DNA from: Candidatus Geothermarchaeota archaeon
GTDB lineage: Archaea; Thermoproteota; Nitrososphaeria; Geothermarchaeales; JDFR-13
Direction of reading: 5' to 3'
Assembly (NCBI GenBank): GCA_015523725.1
Contig: WAJV01000107.1
Location: 959 to 64,958, forward strand
Length of the DNA stretch: 64,000 nucleotides
Shown here: positions 21,113 through 30,380 of the stretch, piece after piece
How positions within the stretch are numbered: position 1 is the stretch's first letter
Layout of the letters: every line of letters starts with the position of its first letter
Position numbers and translations under genes: made by a program
Notes under the pieces: generated by a model
What the model saw: the letters and a program-made list of their open reading frames with translations, nothing else
What the model was told of the DNA's origin: nothing
The model's database searches: none

Positions 21113-21601
21113 CTATAGATTAATCAATTTTATTAACCCCTTTACAGAGATCTCATAGTGAACACCACTGGATGACCTAATTCTTTTAACATATCCATCA
21201 TAATGTAGCTCACTCAATCTAGAGGAGATGGTTTTAGATGGTTTGCCTAGAATCATAGTTAATTCCCTTAATGATAAGTAGGGATTATCTGATTTACCCG
21301 CCAAATGAGTTAATTTAGCTATTCCTAGAGCAATTAATATTTTATTACTGAGAGCTAGTCTCTTGGGAGGCGATTCCCTAAATATGATTTCACCATCCTC
21401 AGACACCATGACATATTTTGATAGGGATTTAGATAACTCAATATAATCCACGTCAACCGATAATTCCTTAAATAAATCGAATCCAGGTAATACCTTCCCC
21501 ATCCACTTAATAATAGTTTTTATGACATCCTCCGGCTCTCCAGACACCTCTAGACTCAAGTCTTTAAACATGACCTTTGCATATACCTTATTATTACTCA
21601 A
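21113..21601 (-). CDS. small protein, member 2 of the paralogous triad
   Basis: N-terminus AKVMFKDLSLEVSG. C-terminal wH TISSRLSELHYDGYVKRIRSSSGVHYEI. Confidence 0.5.
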   Translation of the reverse strand: MSNNKVYAKVMFKDLSLEVSGEPEDVIKTIIKWMGKVLPGFDLFKELSVDVDYIELSKSLSKYVMVSEDGEIIFRESPPKRLALSNKILIALGIAKLTHLAGKSDNPYLSLRELTMILGKPSKTISSRLSELHYDGYVKRIRSSSGVHYEISVKGLIKLINL

Positions 21602-22059
21602 TCACCCTCACCCAATTGAATATTACCAGATACATAGAGATAGTGCTTATCCTTCCCCCTAATCCTCCTTATCACACCCCGCTGCACAAGCCTCTTCAGA
21701 GAAACCGCGATACTAGACTTTGGATAATATACTCCATAAGACTCAAGCATATTAATAATCTCCTTAAGCTGCCTAGGCTTACGTCCCCAGTCTGTTGAGA
21801 AGAACTTAGTCAATATCTGTGTCAAAGGCTCACCACTCTTGATCTTTACGTCAGGGAGGCCTCCAACAACCTCCTCAACACGCTCTCCAACAGATACTTC
21901 CTTAGACGCCTCTTTAGCCACTAAATAGGGCATCAATGTATTTACTAATGTAGCAACCTCCTCATATGAACCAGATAACTCTAATTCATTACCACCTATC
22001 CGAATCCTTACATATATCTTACCAGCCTCCTCACCCACTAAAATCACCCAGTAAATCAT
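21598..22059 (-). CDS. small protein, member 3 of the paralogous triad
   Basis: N-terminus KIYVRIRIGGNELELSG. C-terminal wH SIAVSLKRLVQRGVIRRIRGKDKHYLYV. 4-nt overlap with member 2. Its start overlaps the gatE stop. Confidence 0.5.
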   Translation of the reverse strand: MIYWVILVGEEAGKIYVRIRIGGNELELSGSYEEVATLVNTLMPYLVAKEASKEVSVGERVEEVVGGLPDVKIKSGEPLTQILTKFFSTDWGRKPRQLKEIINMLESYGVYYPKSSIAVSLKRLVQRGVIRRIRGKDKHYLYVSGNIQLGEGD

Positions 22060-23947
22060 TAATCAACTCAATAACTCTCCTTGGATCAACATTTCCACGA
22101 TACTTAGACATAACTATTGCCATCAACCTCTTAACAAGTATATTCTTCGGTAATTTTTTTAAATCCATTCTACTCTCCAATTGATTCTTAATATATTCCT
22201 CAATCTCCGAGTAATCCACTTTAGCAGATAACCCTAATTTATTAACCGCCTCCCTCACCCCCAAACCCTCCTTATAAGCAGTTATGATAATATCTTGAAG
22301 CCCCTCCTTAAATACAACACCCTCATCAACTAATTTCATACCCTCCATAACTAAACCCATGATGTTAGAATACTCGTCTAATCCCAACTCATCCATTATA
22401 TAGGGTAACCTATCAGTAAGGAAGGATGATATATAAGAGGGGGCAAGAGAATGTATCTCCCCAACCAACTTTATGAAATAATCATATAGATCCATATCAA
22501 GTAATTTCATCGCCATATCACGAGACAAACCATATTTATTAACCAATTCATCCAAGACCTTATAGGGTGGAATTAGAGGATTCTCCTTAAGATACTCCAT
22601 AATATTATCGTCAATAAGTATGGGTGGAATATCTGTCTCCGGATACATCCTAGCCATACCTGGCCTCGGCCTCATGTAAAAAGTAGATCCGTCTTCCCTA
22701 GCTCCCCTCGTCTCCTTAGGAGGCCCATATAATGCCTCAACCGCCCTCTCCAGAATCCTCGCTACAGCCAAATCCACCGTATCAACATCGGAGACAAAGA
22801 AGACCACGGCATCATCCTCCGATGCATCCATCACCCTCCTCAATTTACGGACCTCATCCAAGGTAATTCCATATTTAGGCATCTCATCAGTATGGAATAT
22901 GCCGCCTAAACCAGTCCAAAACCTTATTCTCTCAGCAATCTCTTTACCCAATCTATGCCCAGGGGCAACCTCAAAACCAAGTAATCCGCCGAATCCTGGT
23001 AATTTAACTGAATATACTTTAAATCCCTCGGATAATCCCCTCGAGATAACCCTATTCTTAGTATTTGAGAATATATCTGAAACGTCTCTATAAGTCTGAG
23101 ACTTAATAATAGACTCCTCAACCCCTCTCTCAGCCAATTCACTAGCAACCCTCATCAAACCAATCTGCCTCTTCACCTCAAACTCGATAACTGACCTAAG
23201 CTGCTGGAGCTTCTGAACCCCCTTCACCTCAATTACTGGACCACCCGAAATCGAGATATTTATATCCTGCCTAATACTACCTAATCCACGTCTCCTGACA
23301 CCAGTCATCGTAACCAATTGACCAATATATCTAGCGACCTCAACAGCCTCCTCAGGGGACCTAATATCAGGTTCGGTAGACACCTCAATTAGAGGTATAC
23401 CTAATCTATCCAAATTATATATAACATAATTACCTCTGCGGTCAACTATTCTGGCAGCCTCCTCCTCCAAACAAATACTTTGAATACCGATCTCCCTACC
23501 AATGCTAGGTACATATACAGAGCCCCCCATAGAAATAATCGACGTCCTCTGAAACCCTGTAGTATTAGAGCCATCCACAACTATCTTCCTCATAACATGC
23601 ACCTCATCAACAATATCCGCACCAATGAATCTTGCAATACGGAGGGCCGCCTTCAAACTCTCTATATCCATCTCATGAGGAGGCTCTTCATCAAGCTCCA
23701 CCAAACATGTTGACTCAGGCGGAGAAATATATTCAATTGTCAATCCCTTCTTAAATTCAAAATATGCCGCGGGATCTATTTGGCCCAACTCACTCTGTGT
23801 AGGCCTAAGCCTCCTCACAATACGGGGAGCCCCCTCACCCTCAACCAAATATGGTTTACATCTACAGAATAGCTTCCTACCCGTATTAAGCTGAAAGTGA
23901 ATCTCAAGACCAACTTTTAAGCCAACCTCATCATAATTCAATTCCAT
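22031..23947 (-). CDS. gatE: Glu-tRNA(Gln) amidotransferase subunit E
   Basis: 638 aa, archaea-specific GatE architecture. Directly downstream of gatD. Confidence 0.9.
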   Translation of the reverse strand: MELNYDEVGLKVGLEIHFQLNTGRKLFCRCKPYLVEGEGAPRIVRRLRPTQSELGQIDPAAYFEFKKGLTIEYISPPESTCLVELDEEPPHEMDIESLKAALRIARFIGADIVDEVHVMRKIVVDGSNTTGFQRTSIISMGGSVYVPSIGREIGIQSICLEEEAARIVDRRGNYVIYNLDRLGIPLIEVSTEPDIRSPEEAVEVARYIGQLVTMTGVRRRGLGSIRQDINISISGGPVIEVKGVQKLQQLRSVIEFEVKRQIGLMRVASELAERGVEESIIKSQTYRDVSDIFSNTKNRVISRGLSEGFKVYSVKLPGFGGLLGFEVAPGHRLGKEIAERIRFWTGLGGIFHTDEMPKYGITLDEVRKLRRVMDASEDDAVVFFVSDVDTVDLAVARILERAVEALYGPPKETRGAREDGSTFYMRPRPGMARMYPETDIPPILIDDNIMEYLKENPLIPPYKVLDELVNKYGLSRDMAMKLLDMDLYDYFIKLVGEIHSLAPSYISSFLTDRLPYIMDELGLDEYSNIMGLVMEGMKLVDEGVVFKEGLQDIIITAYKEGLGVREAVNKLGLSAKVDYSEIEEYIKNQLESRMDLKKLPKNILVKRLMAIVMSKYRGNVDPRRVIELINDLLGDFSG

Positions 23948-25280
23948 AATCCCCCCTCATATCCCAAACAGGACTCCTATCAGTAACCTCACCACTAACA
24001 TTACTAACCATTAATTCATCCAACATCTCCTCACCAAAATTACCCAATATCCAACTAGCCTTAACATAAGCCGTCTCAGACAACATATTACTCAAAGGAA
24101 TTACACCCATACGCTTCAGGAACCTACCAGTATCATAAACATTCATATTAACGCGACCCCATATACACTGAGAAGTCATATATATATGTACTCCTTTCTC
24201 AATAGCCAGCCTAATAACATCATATAAATGCTTCCCAACATGCCCCAATCCACTGCCCTCAACTATAACCGCTCTATAACCCTCATCAATCAATATCCTA
24301 AATAAGCTGGGTGACATACCTGGATAAAATTTTAGTAGAGCAGCTCTATCACTGAATTTACCATAGTAAACAGGCGGCCTATCAGGATCTCTAGCTAGAT
24401 AATTATCAGCCTTATAAACTATATTCCCCTTGGAATCCAACACCAAAACCGGGGGAACGTCAATGGATTGGAAAGCATCTCTACGACTAGTATGATTCTT
24501 CCTCACCCTAGTGCCTCTAAATACACCGATATATTTATCGGATGAGGATATATGCATAGCTACATATACCCCCGCCAAATCCGAATCAACCGCCACCCGA
24601 ATAGCGGAGAGTAGATTTAACGCAGCATCGGAACTCGGCCTATCACTCGACCTCTGGCTTCCAACCAATACAATTGGAATCGGCGGCTCCCTTATGGCGA
24701 AGGATAAGGCTGCAGCGGTATAACCCATCGTATCCGTTCCATGGAGAATAACTATTCCATCATACTTCTTTGAGATAATTCTCTTATATACCTCTGAAGC
24801 AATAGTCTCCCAATCACTCGGCAATAAATGCTCACTATACTTGTTCATAAGGATACTAGTCTCAACCCCAGCTATCCCCCTAGCCTCAGGGATAAAATTT
24901 AGGAGTTCTTCGGCGGAGACCGCGCTCTTAACGGCTCCAGTAACGTAATCAACCTTACTTAATATGGTTCCGCCAATAGATAGAACCAAAACCTTTTTAT
25001 CCCTACTCTCAACAACCTCCTCCTCCAAATACCTCATTAACTCTATTCTCGGCGGCTCAGCCGACTTTATATCCTCAATCCTCTCCACCGATAAACCAAT
25101 ATTATATCCATTATCCAGCTTCAATACGAGAATATTTGGAGATGAATACTCATGTTTAGGCATTATATAGCCAGTATATCGCTTCCCATCACGAGTAACT
25201 ATACTGACATAATCCCCATAGGATAGACCATATCTAGATAAAAAAAACTCTATAATATCTCTACCAGCCAATTTACTCAC
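23931..25280 (-). CDS. gatD: Glu-tRNA(Gln) amidotransferase subunit D (asparaginase-like)
   Basis: 449 aa with an asparaginase fold (…TGGTIAS-like LSIGGTILS and HGTDTM motifs). Confidence 0.9.
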   Translation of the reverse strand: MSKLAGRDIIEFFLSRYGLSYGDYVSIVTRDGKRYTGYIMPKHEYSSPNILVLKLDNGYNIGLSVERIEDIKSAEPPRIELMRYLEEEVVESRDKKVLVLSIGGTILSKVDYVTGAVKSAVSAEELLNFIPEARGIAGVETSILMNKYSEHLLPSDWETIASEVYKRIISKKYDGIVILHGTDTMGYTAAALSFAIREPPIPIVLVGSQRSSDRPSSDAALNLLSAIRVAVDSDLAGVYVAMHISSSDKYIGVFRGTRVRKNHTSRRDAFQSIDVPPVLVLDSKGNIVYKADNYLARDPDRPPVYYGKFSDRAALLKFYPGMSPSLFRILIDEGYRAVIVEGSGLGHVGKHLYDVIRLAIEKGVHIYMTSQCIWGRVNMNVYDTGRFLKRMGVIPLSNMLSETAYVKASWILGNFGEEMLDELMVSNVSGEVTDRSPVWDMRGDYGIEL

Positions 25281-26887
25281 CCCAAATATTTCGAGACGTA
25301 AACACCATCTCTCTTATATCCATGCTTATAATAATACTCCCTAACACCTACACCTGAAATAACGACGATCTTATCACCCCCCTCAGAATCAGCGAGTCTC
25401 TCAGCCTCTTTAAGCAGAAGAGAACCCAGACCAAGGTGCTGCCATGAACCTCTAGTAGGCCTAGAGCCTATCGGTATACTTCTCCCATATACATGGAGCT
25501 CCCTCACTATATACGTCTCCGACTCAATAATCTCGGGGCGCCATGCATATATAGATGGGTGTCTAAGCCTAATGAAACCATATATAACATCATTATCCAT
25601 ATCTTCCGCTGAGATAAAATAATCAACACCGTCATTAACAAAGAATCGTCTAACTACTATCCTCGGCTCACCACCCAAATAAGAATCCTTCAACCACCTT
25701 ATCCCAGCCTCTCTACAACGTATACAGTGACAAGCAATGCCAAGCCTCTTGAAGTCATCTAGAATCACTTGCCTCAAATTAGTTAATCTCACACCGTCGA
25801 CAATTTCTTGGGAAGGAATATCCCTATTAACCCTCATAATCCTATTCCATCTATGAACAAAATTATCCTTGCATAAGCCAATTAATTCCCTAGCGACTAT
25901 ATCAGAGTACGGCTTATACAAACCATTTCTCCATAGATTAATTAAGCCAGTATTCTCCAGCACCAGGGTCGGATAGATCTTTAGATTATCTGGGAAGAAA
26001 TTAGGGGAATTCATCACCATATTAAATGCCTGAATATCTAGCTTCTCATTAACTCCAAGTAATCCAGGCATCAAATGATAGGTAACTTTAAACCCAGCGT
26101 CCTTCAATCTCCTAGTAGCTTCAACCACAGCCCTAATATCATGGCCACGGTGGACCCATCTATAGACATCATCATAAACAGTCTGTACACCCAATTCAAC
26201 CCTAGTCCCACCATGCTCAAGCATCCAGTCAATATCCTCAACCCTAGAGGCGTCGGGCCTAGTCTCAAAAGTTAATCCGACTATACGATACCTACTATAT
26301 TCAGCAGCCAATAACCCCCTATAAAAATCACTTGGATAGAAACCTATGAATGCCTTCAATAACCTACGCATATACCACTCACGATACTCTAGGGGCGTTT
26401 TATTAAAAGTACCTCCCTGAATAATAATCTCAACCTTCGAGACATCATGACCCATCTGCCTCAACTGAGAAATCCTACTAATAACTTGCCGATAAGGATC
26501 AAAATTATTCCTTATTCCCCTCATGGCACTCGGCTCCCTACCCGTATAGGAAATCGGGGATCCAGGGAAGTGGGGGCAATATATGCATCTTCCATGTGGA
26601 CATTCATATGGACGGGTCATAATAGCGATAATAGCGACTCCAGATAAGGTTCTAACAGGCTTCCTCCTAAGATACTCAATAAGATATTTATGGCCTGGTG
26701 AATAACTATTAATATAATTTATTATATCTATATTAGATGGATACTTATTTAATCCATATATCCTGACCGCCTCACGCTTCACCCTATTCAATATATTAAA
26801 CCCAATATTTTCTCCATGGGAGGCCAAGGCATCAACAATATATTTTAATGCCTCTAAATACCTTTCATCAACAACAACTTCATCCAT
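25277..26887 (-). CDS. elp3: Elongator Elp3 homolog (radical SAM + GNAT tRNA-modifying enzyme). The probable true start is the internal ATG, since the longest ORF extends to 26983.
   Basis: rSAM cluster CPHGRCIYCP. C-terminal GNAT. The track ORF adds a 32-aa hydrophobic leader (MEHYNNYVLVFSFWRLL...) that is probably not translated. Confidence 0.8.
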   Translation of the reverse strand: MDEVVVDERYLEALKYIVDALASHGENIGFNILNRVKREAVRIYGLNKYPSNIDIINYINSYSPGHKYLIEYLRRKPVRTLSGVAIIAIMTRPYECPHGRCIYCPHFPGSPISYTGREPSAMRGIRNNFDPYRQVISRISQLRQMGHDVSKVEIIIQGGTFNKTPLEYREWYMRRLLKAFIGFYPSDFYRGLLAAEYSRYRIVGLTFETRPDASRVEDIDWMLEHGGTRVELGVQTVYDDVYRWVHRGHDIRAVVEATRRLKDAGFKVTYHLMPGLLGVNEKLDIQAFNMVMNSPNFFPDNLKIYPTLVLENTGLINLWRNGLYKPYSDIVARELIGLCKDNFVHRWNRIMRVNRDIPSQEIVDGVRLTNLRQVILDDFKRLGIACHCIRCREAGIRWLKDSYLGGEPRIVVRRFFVNDGVDYFISAEDMDNDVIYGFIRLRHPSIYAWRPEIIESETYIVRELHVYGRSIPIGSRPTRGSWQHLGLGSLLLKEAERLADSEGGDKIVVISGVGVREYYYKHGYKRDGVYVSKYLG

Positions 26888-27005
26888 AGACATCATCCAA
26901 TACAAAAAACACATCGATAAATAAATAATAATTAATAGTCTCCAAAAGCTAAACACTAATACATAGTTGTTATAATGCTCCAAAGTATTTGTTACATCAA
27001 AAGAT

Positions 27006-27797
27006 TTAGATTATATTTCTATAATAAGGAAAGTATTCATAAGCATATTTAATAGCGAATATCAGTTCGTCATCGATTAGCCTTAGATTATATATAATAT
27101 TCTTAACTTCACCAATATCCCTACTAAACAGTATCATTAGTCCTGAGTTGCCTCGTGAGAAGTCCCAGACAACCCTCTCAGAAACCTCTCCCCTAATGAT
27201 ATCCAATTTACTAGATATAACCATAAATAGGGTTATTCCACTCCTTGGAATATCGATGATAGGGATTACCTTCATGATCTTGGCCTTAATCAATGCCTTA
27301 ACATGGCGAACAACTGTGTCCCTGGATAATTCAAGCTCTTCAGCAATCTTATAGAGAGGTGTCTCTGGATCCCTACTCAATAAACCCAGTATTCTGCTAT
27401 CAAGCATAGACCTATGCGTAACAATATCTTGATCAGGGATAAACGTTACCAAGACACGCTTATCGATGCCAATCTCCCTAAAATATCTCCTCAATTCATC
27501 AACCGAATCGGCATAAAGCTCATAAATATTCACGCCGTCTATACAACTGAATCTAGCAATAACTCTAGATGAGTCAATCTCACCATCAACAGCGATATAT
27601 CCATTGACAAACCCGAAAAAATTAGGATGAATATATAAGTATGGCTTATTGAGTACACCCTCACTCAGCAATCTCCTCAACCTATAATTAACGAGTTGGG
27701 GGGATAGACCTAATTTATCCGCTATCTCCCTCTGGGTTATAGATCCATTCCTTAATACTAGTATCAAAATCTCCTTATCAACATCATCCATAAACAA
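27006..27797 (-). CDS. HTH transcriptional regulator with two tandem Lrp/AsnC-type HTH modules
   Basis: EILILVLRNGSITQREIADKLGLSPQLVNYRLRRL and a second LGLLSRDPETPLYKIAEELELSRDTVVRHVKAL. Confidence 0.5.
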   Translation of the reverse strand: MFMDDVDKEILILVLRNGSITQREIADKLGLSPQLVNYRLRRLLSEGVLNKPYLYIHPNFFGFVNGYIAVDGEIDSSRVIARFSCIDGVNIYELYADSVDELRRYFREIGIDKRVLVTFIPDQDIVTHRSMLDSRILGLLSRDPETPLYKIAEELELSRDTVVRHVKALIKAKIMKVIPIIDIPRSGITLFMVISSKLDIIRGEVSERVVWDFSRGNSGLMILFSRDIGEVKNIIYNLRLIDDELIFAIKYAYEYFPYYRNII

Positions 27798-27910
27798 TAT
27801 AAATATTGGTTACGGGAATTTAACCTAACGTATTTAATATACTCATTGTATTGATGTAGGATTGTTCAGACTAGAGTTAATCATAATGAAAAAAAGAATT
27901 TTTGGGGGAG

Positions 27911-29365
27911 TTAATTATTAACAATCAATACTCCTCTCAATCCCTGATCCTTATGTCCAGGCACCGTACACCAGAAAACAAATTCCCCGGCGACATCCGC
28001 AACAAAAGTAAGCGTATACTTATCTCCTGGATTGATTGTATCGGTGGTTAAGTTATAACCATCTATAAATAGATTATGGGGTATAGTCCCATTATTAATG
28101 AAAATTATTGTTATTACTTGACCCTTCTCAACAGATATTCTATTTGGGGTGTAAAACCATTCCTGTGCAGAAACTTTAATGGTAATCGATGCATTTGAAC
28201 TATTACCTACTCCAAACTCGGGGACATTACTAAAGGTGGCTCCGCTAATAACATCTTGTTCAAACATGACGTGGATAAATGGCTGTGGCTTACCATTAGG
28301 AAGTATAAATGGAAGATTTAAGGGATGATAAACCGGTCCATTTTTAGTAATCTGTATTGGGAAGACCACTATATGTGTATGATGTAGTTGGCCTGCCGGT
28401 GTATTATCAATATTGAGTGGAAGCTCTTCATCAAGCATTAACCTATAGTTCTTGTCCCTAACGACTTGAGTAGTCATTCCATGAATAACGACGTTTTGCT
28501 CAATAACTTCCCCGTCAACCACGATGTCGCCGAAGGCCCAGAAAGCAGCGTAGGTAAATAATTTAGGCATTAATGGGGAGCCGGTGCCGGTGGTGCCATG
28601 GTGCCATGCATTTAACAAGACTCCTCCACCGGTCTCATAACCTGGTAAGGGAGGCATAAACACATGCTTAACAACTAATTTATAATTGTTACCACTTGGA
28701 TCCGTAAACGTTATATTAGCATTAACTACATCAGATGTATTTATTGGGGGTCCCATAGTATCATATGGAACTTTATCGATGAACTCGATGCTCATAGACC
28801 CGCTCACTATCCTCGCCTTGTCACTGAATAGAGTAGGGACTTTAAGGATATAATCACCCTCTGGTGAGAAGCCCCTCATCTCCTCGGGAGCCGCCACTAA
28901 GAAAGGTAGTTTACGAAGCAATTCTGGAACACTTGAGCCTAGGGGTTGCGGGAGTCTTGAGGATACGTTGATAGCCCACTCCAACCTATCATTCCCGAAC
29001 ATGGGGTTATCGGGGGTCCCGAATACGCTGGGGCTGAGCCTCCTAAACCCTGGCAAAATCCAGTAAACAATCTTCCCTTCTTCCTGGGAGACAGAGACAC
29101 TCCTAACACTTAACTCAGCGACCCTATCACTCAATGACTTAACCTTTGCTCCAAGGGCGTCATTAACACTCTTCAAATTATCTACCTCAGAGCTTAATTG
29201 ATTATTAATGCTCTTCAACTCACCGACCTTAGAACTAATATTATTTAACTGTGGCACCAGATATAGAGCCAGTCCTCCAGCGCCGATAAGAACACCGAAC
29301 ACCAAGACTATAAAATACCTCAAAAAAAGTTTATTATCCGTATTCGACATCATCAAAAACCTCAC
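27911..29365 (-). CDS. membrane-anchored coiled-coil protein with a C-terminal type-1 copper (cupredoxin) domain
   Basis: N-terminal TM, about 55 aa of heptads, a roughly 290-aa unknown domain, and a C-terminal 90 aa with His (PHNLF) ... WCTVPGH (azurin-like C-x-x-P-G-H) ligands. Confidence 0.6.
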   Translation of the reverse strand: MRFLMMSNTDNKLFLRYFIVLVFGVLIGAGGLALYLVPQLNNISSKVGELKSINNQLSSEVDNLKSVNDALGAKVKSLSDRVAELSVRSVSVSQEEGKIVYWILPGFRRLSPSVFGTPDNPMFGNDRLEWAINVSSRLPQPLGSSVPELLRKLPFLVAAPEEMRGFSPEGDYILKVPTLFSDKARIVSGSMSIEFIDKVPYDTMGPPINTSDVVNANITFTDPSGNNYKLVVKHVFMPPLPGYETGGGVLLNAWHHGTTGTGSPLMPKLFTYAAFWAFGDIVVDGEVIEQNVVIHGMTTQVVRDKNYRLMLDEELPLNIDNTPAGQLHHTHIVVFPIQITKNGPVYHPLNLPFILPNGKPQPFIHVMFEQDVISGATFSNVPEFGVGNSSNASITIKVSAQEWFYTPNRISVEKGQVITIIFINNGTIPHNLFIDGYNLTTDTINPGDKYTLTFVADVAGEFVFWCTVPGHKDQGLRGVLIVNN

Positions 29366-29430
29366 AATGTATAGGAATAGATAATGCTGGAATCCAACTA
29401 TACATCTTTATAAAAAAATTTTTGATTAAT

Positions 29431-29513
29431 GTATAGCCATGATGAGAAACTATTTATTTGATTCAATCAATGGGCCCATGCAATTTTTATGACGTATCCT
29501 TTCTCCTGAATAC
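29431..29513 (+). ncRNA. candidate C/D box sRNA (weak)
   Basis: Box C ATGATGA at 29439-45 and box D CTGA at 29506-09, with a flanking GTAT/ATAC terminal stem. Internal degenerate D' TTGA and C' ATGACG. Intergenic between divergent genes. Confidence 0.2.
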
Positions 29514-29611
29514 ATCTTTATATATTTACTCAAAAAATTGTTAATACCACATATCCTAGGAAAATGTCTAACAATAAATATCATATAGACAATTTATTTA
29601 TCCCGTGATAA

Positions 29612-30151
29612 ATGGAGATGAAGTCATTAAATAGGATAAATCTAGAGAATCTGATGAAGACAGTTGAATACATTAAAGAGAATCCGGAGGCGGCTATAAA
29701 AACCACTAGGGTAGAGGGTGAATGGATACTAGATGAAGAAGAGGGTCCACAATTTAAGGCAACCATATCAACCAGTGAGGGAGAGTTTCAACTAGAGGCC
29801 GACCAACCCATCCAACTAGGTGGAAGTGGGGTGAGGCCGAGTCCAATACATTACTGCCTATATGGAGTGGCATCATGTACAGCAGCCACATTAGCCACAA
29901 TAGCGGCTACACAGGGAATAAAACTAAATAAAATGAAGGTATCCATCACGAATAAAATAAACTTCTCGAGACCACTGGGATTGTCAGACGCCCCCACAGT
30001 ACAAGAAATACAACTAGAAATCCAAATAGAAACAGACGCCAACGAAGACAAAATAAAAAACCTAGAACAACTAACAAAAAACAGATGCCCAGCAATATAC
30101 TGCCTAACCAACCCAATCAAAACAACACTAAAAATAAACAAAACAAAATAA
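29612..30151 (+). CDS. OsmC/Ohr family peroxiredoxin-like protein
   Basis: GGSGVRPSPIHYCLYGVASCTAATL two-Cys OsmC signature. Confidence 0.7.
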   Translation: MEMKSLNRINLENLMKTVEYIKENPEAAIKTTRVEGEWILDEEEGPQFKATISTSEGEFQLEADQPIQLGGSGVRPSPIHYCLYGVASCTAATLATIAATQGIKLNKMKVSITNKINFSRPLGLSDAPTVQEIQLEIQIETDANEDKIKNLEQLTKNRCPAIYCLTNPIKTTLKINKTK

Positions 30152-30161
30152 ACAAACCACC

Positions 30162-30326
30162 CTACCTAGGCCGCCACTGACCAGGAGGCCTATTCAACAA
30201 AACCCTCTTCCTATAATTAACCCTATTCCTCCTCCTAGGATTAGTCGGAGCCCTAGGAGAAGGATCAATCTTAGGAGTCAAAGAACGAACCTTTCCTGCT
30301 TTTGTGAGTGAGCCGTGCGTGCCCAT
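30162..30326 (-). CDS. rps30e: 30S ribosomal protein S30e (54 aa, absent from the ORF track because under 60 aa)
   Basis: Hand translation gives MGTHGSLTKAGKVRSLTPKIDPSPRAPTNPRRRNRVNYRKRVLLNRPPGQWRPR, containing the archaeal S30e N-terminal HGSLTKAGKVR..TPK signature. A TTATAAA box and GGTGGGG SD-like sequence lie upstream. Confidence 0.75.
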   Translation of the reverse strand: MGTHGSLTKAGKVRSLTPKIDPSPRAPTNPRRRNRVNYRKRVLLNRPPGQWRPR

Positions 30327-30380
30327 GTGTCCCCACCTTTTCTCTCTGTTTTTAATATTTGCTTCATTGTTTATAAGTTT

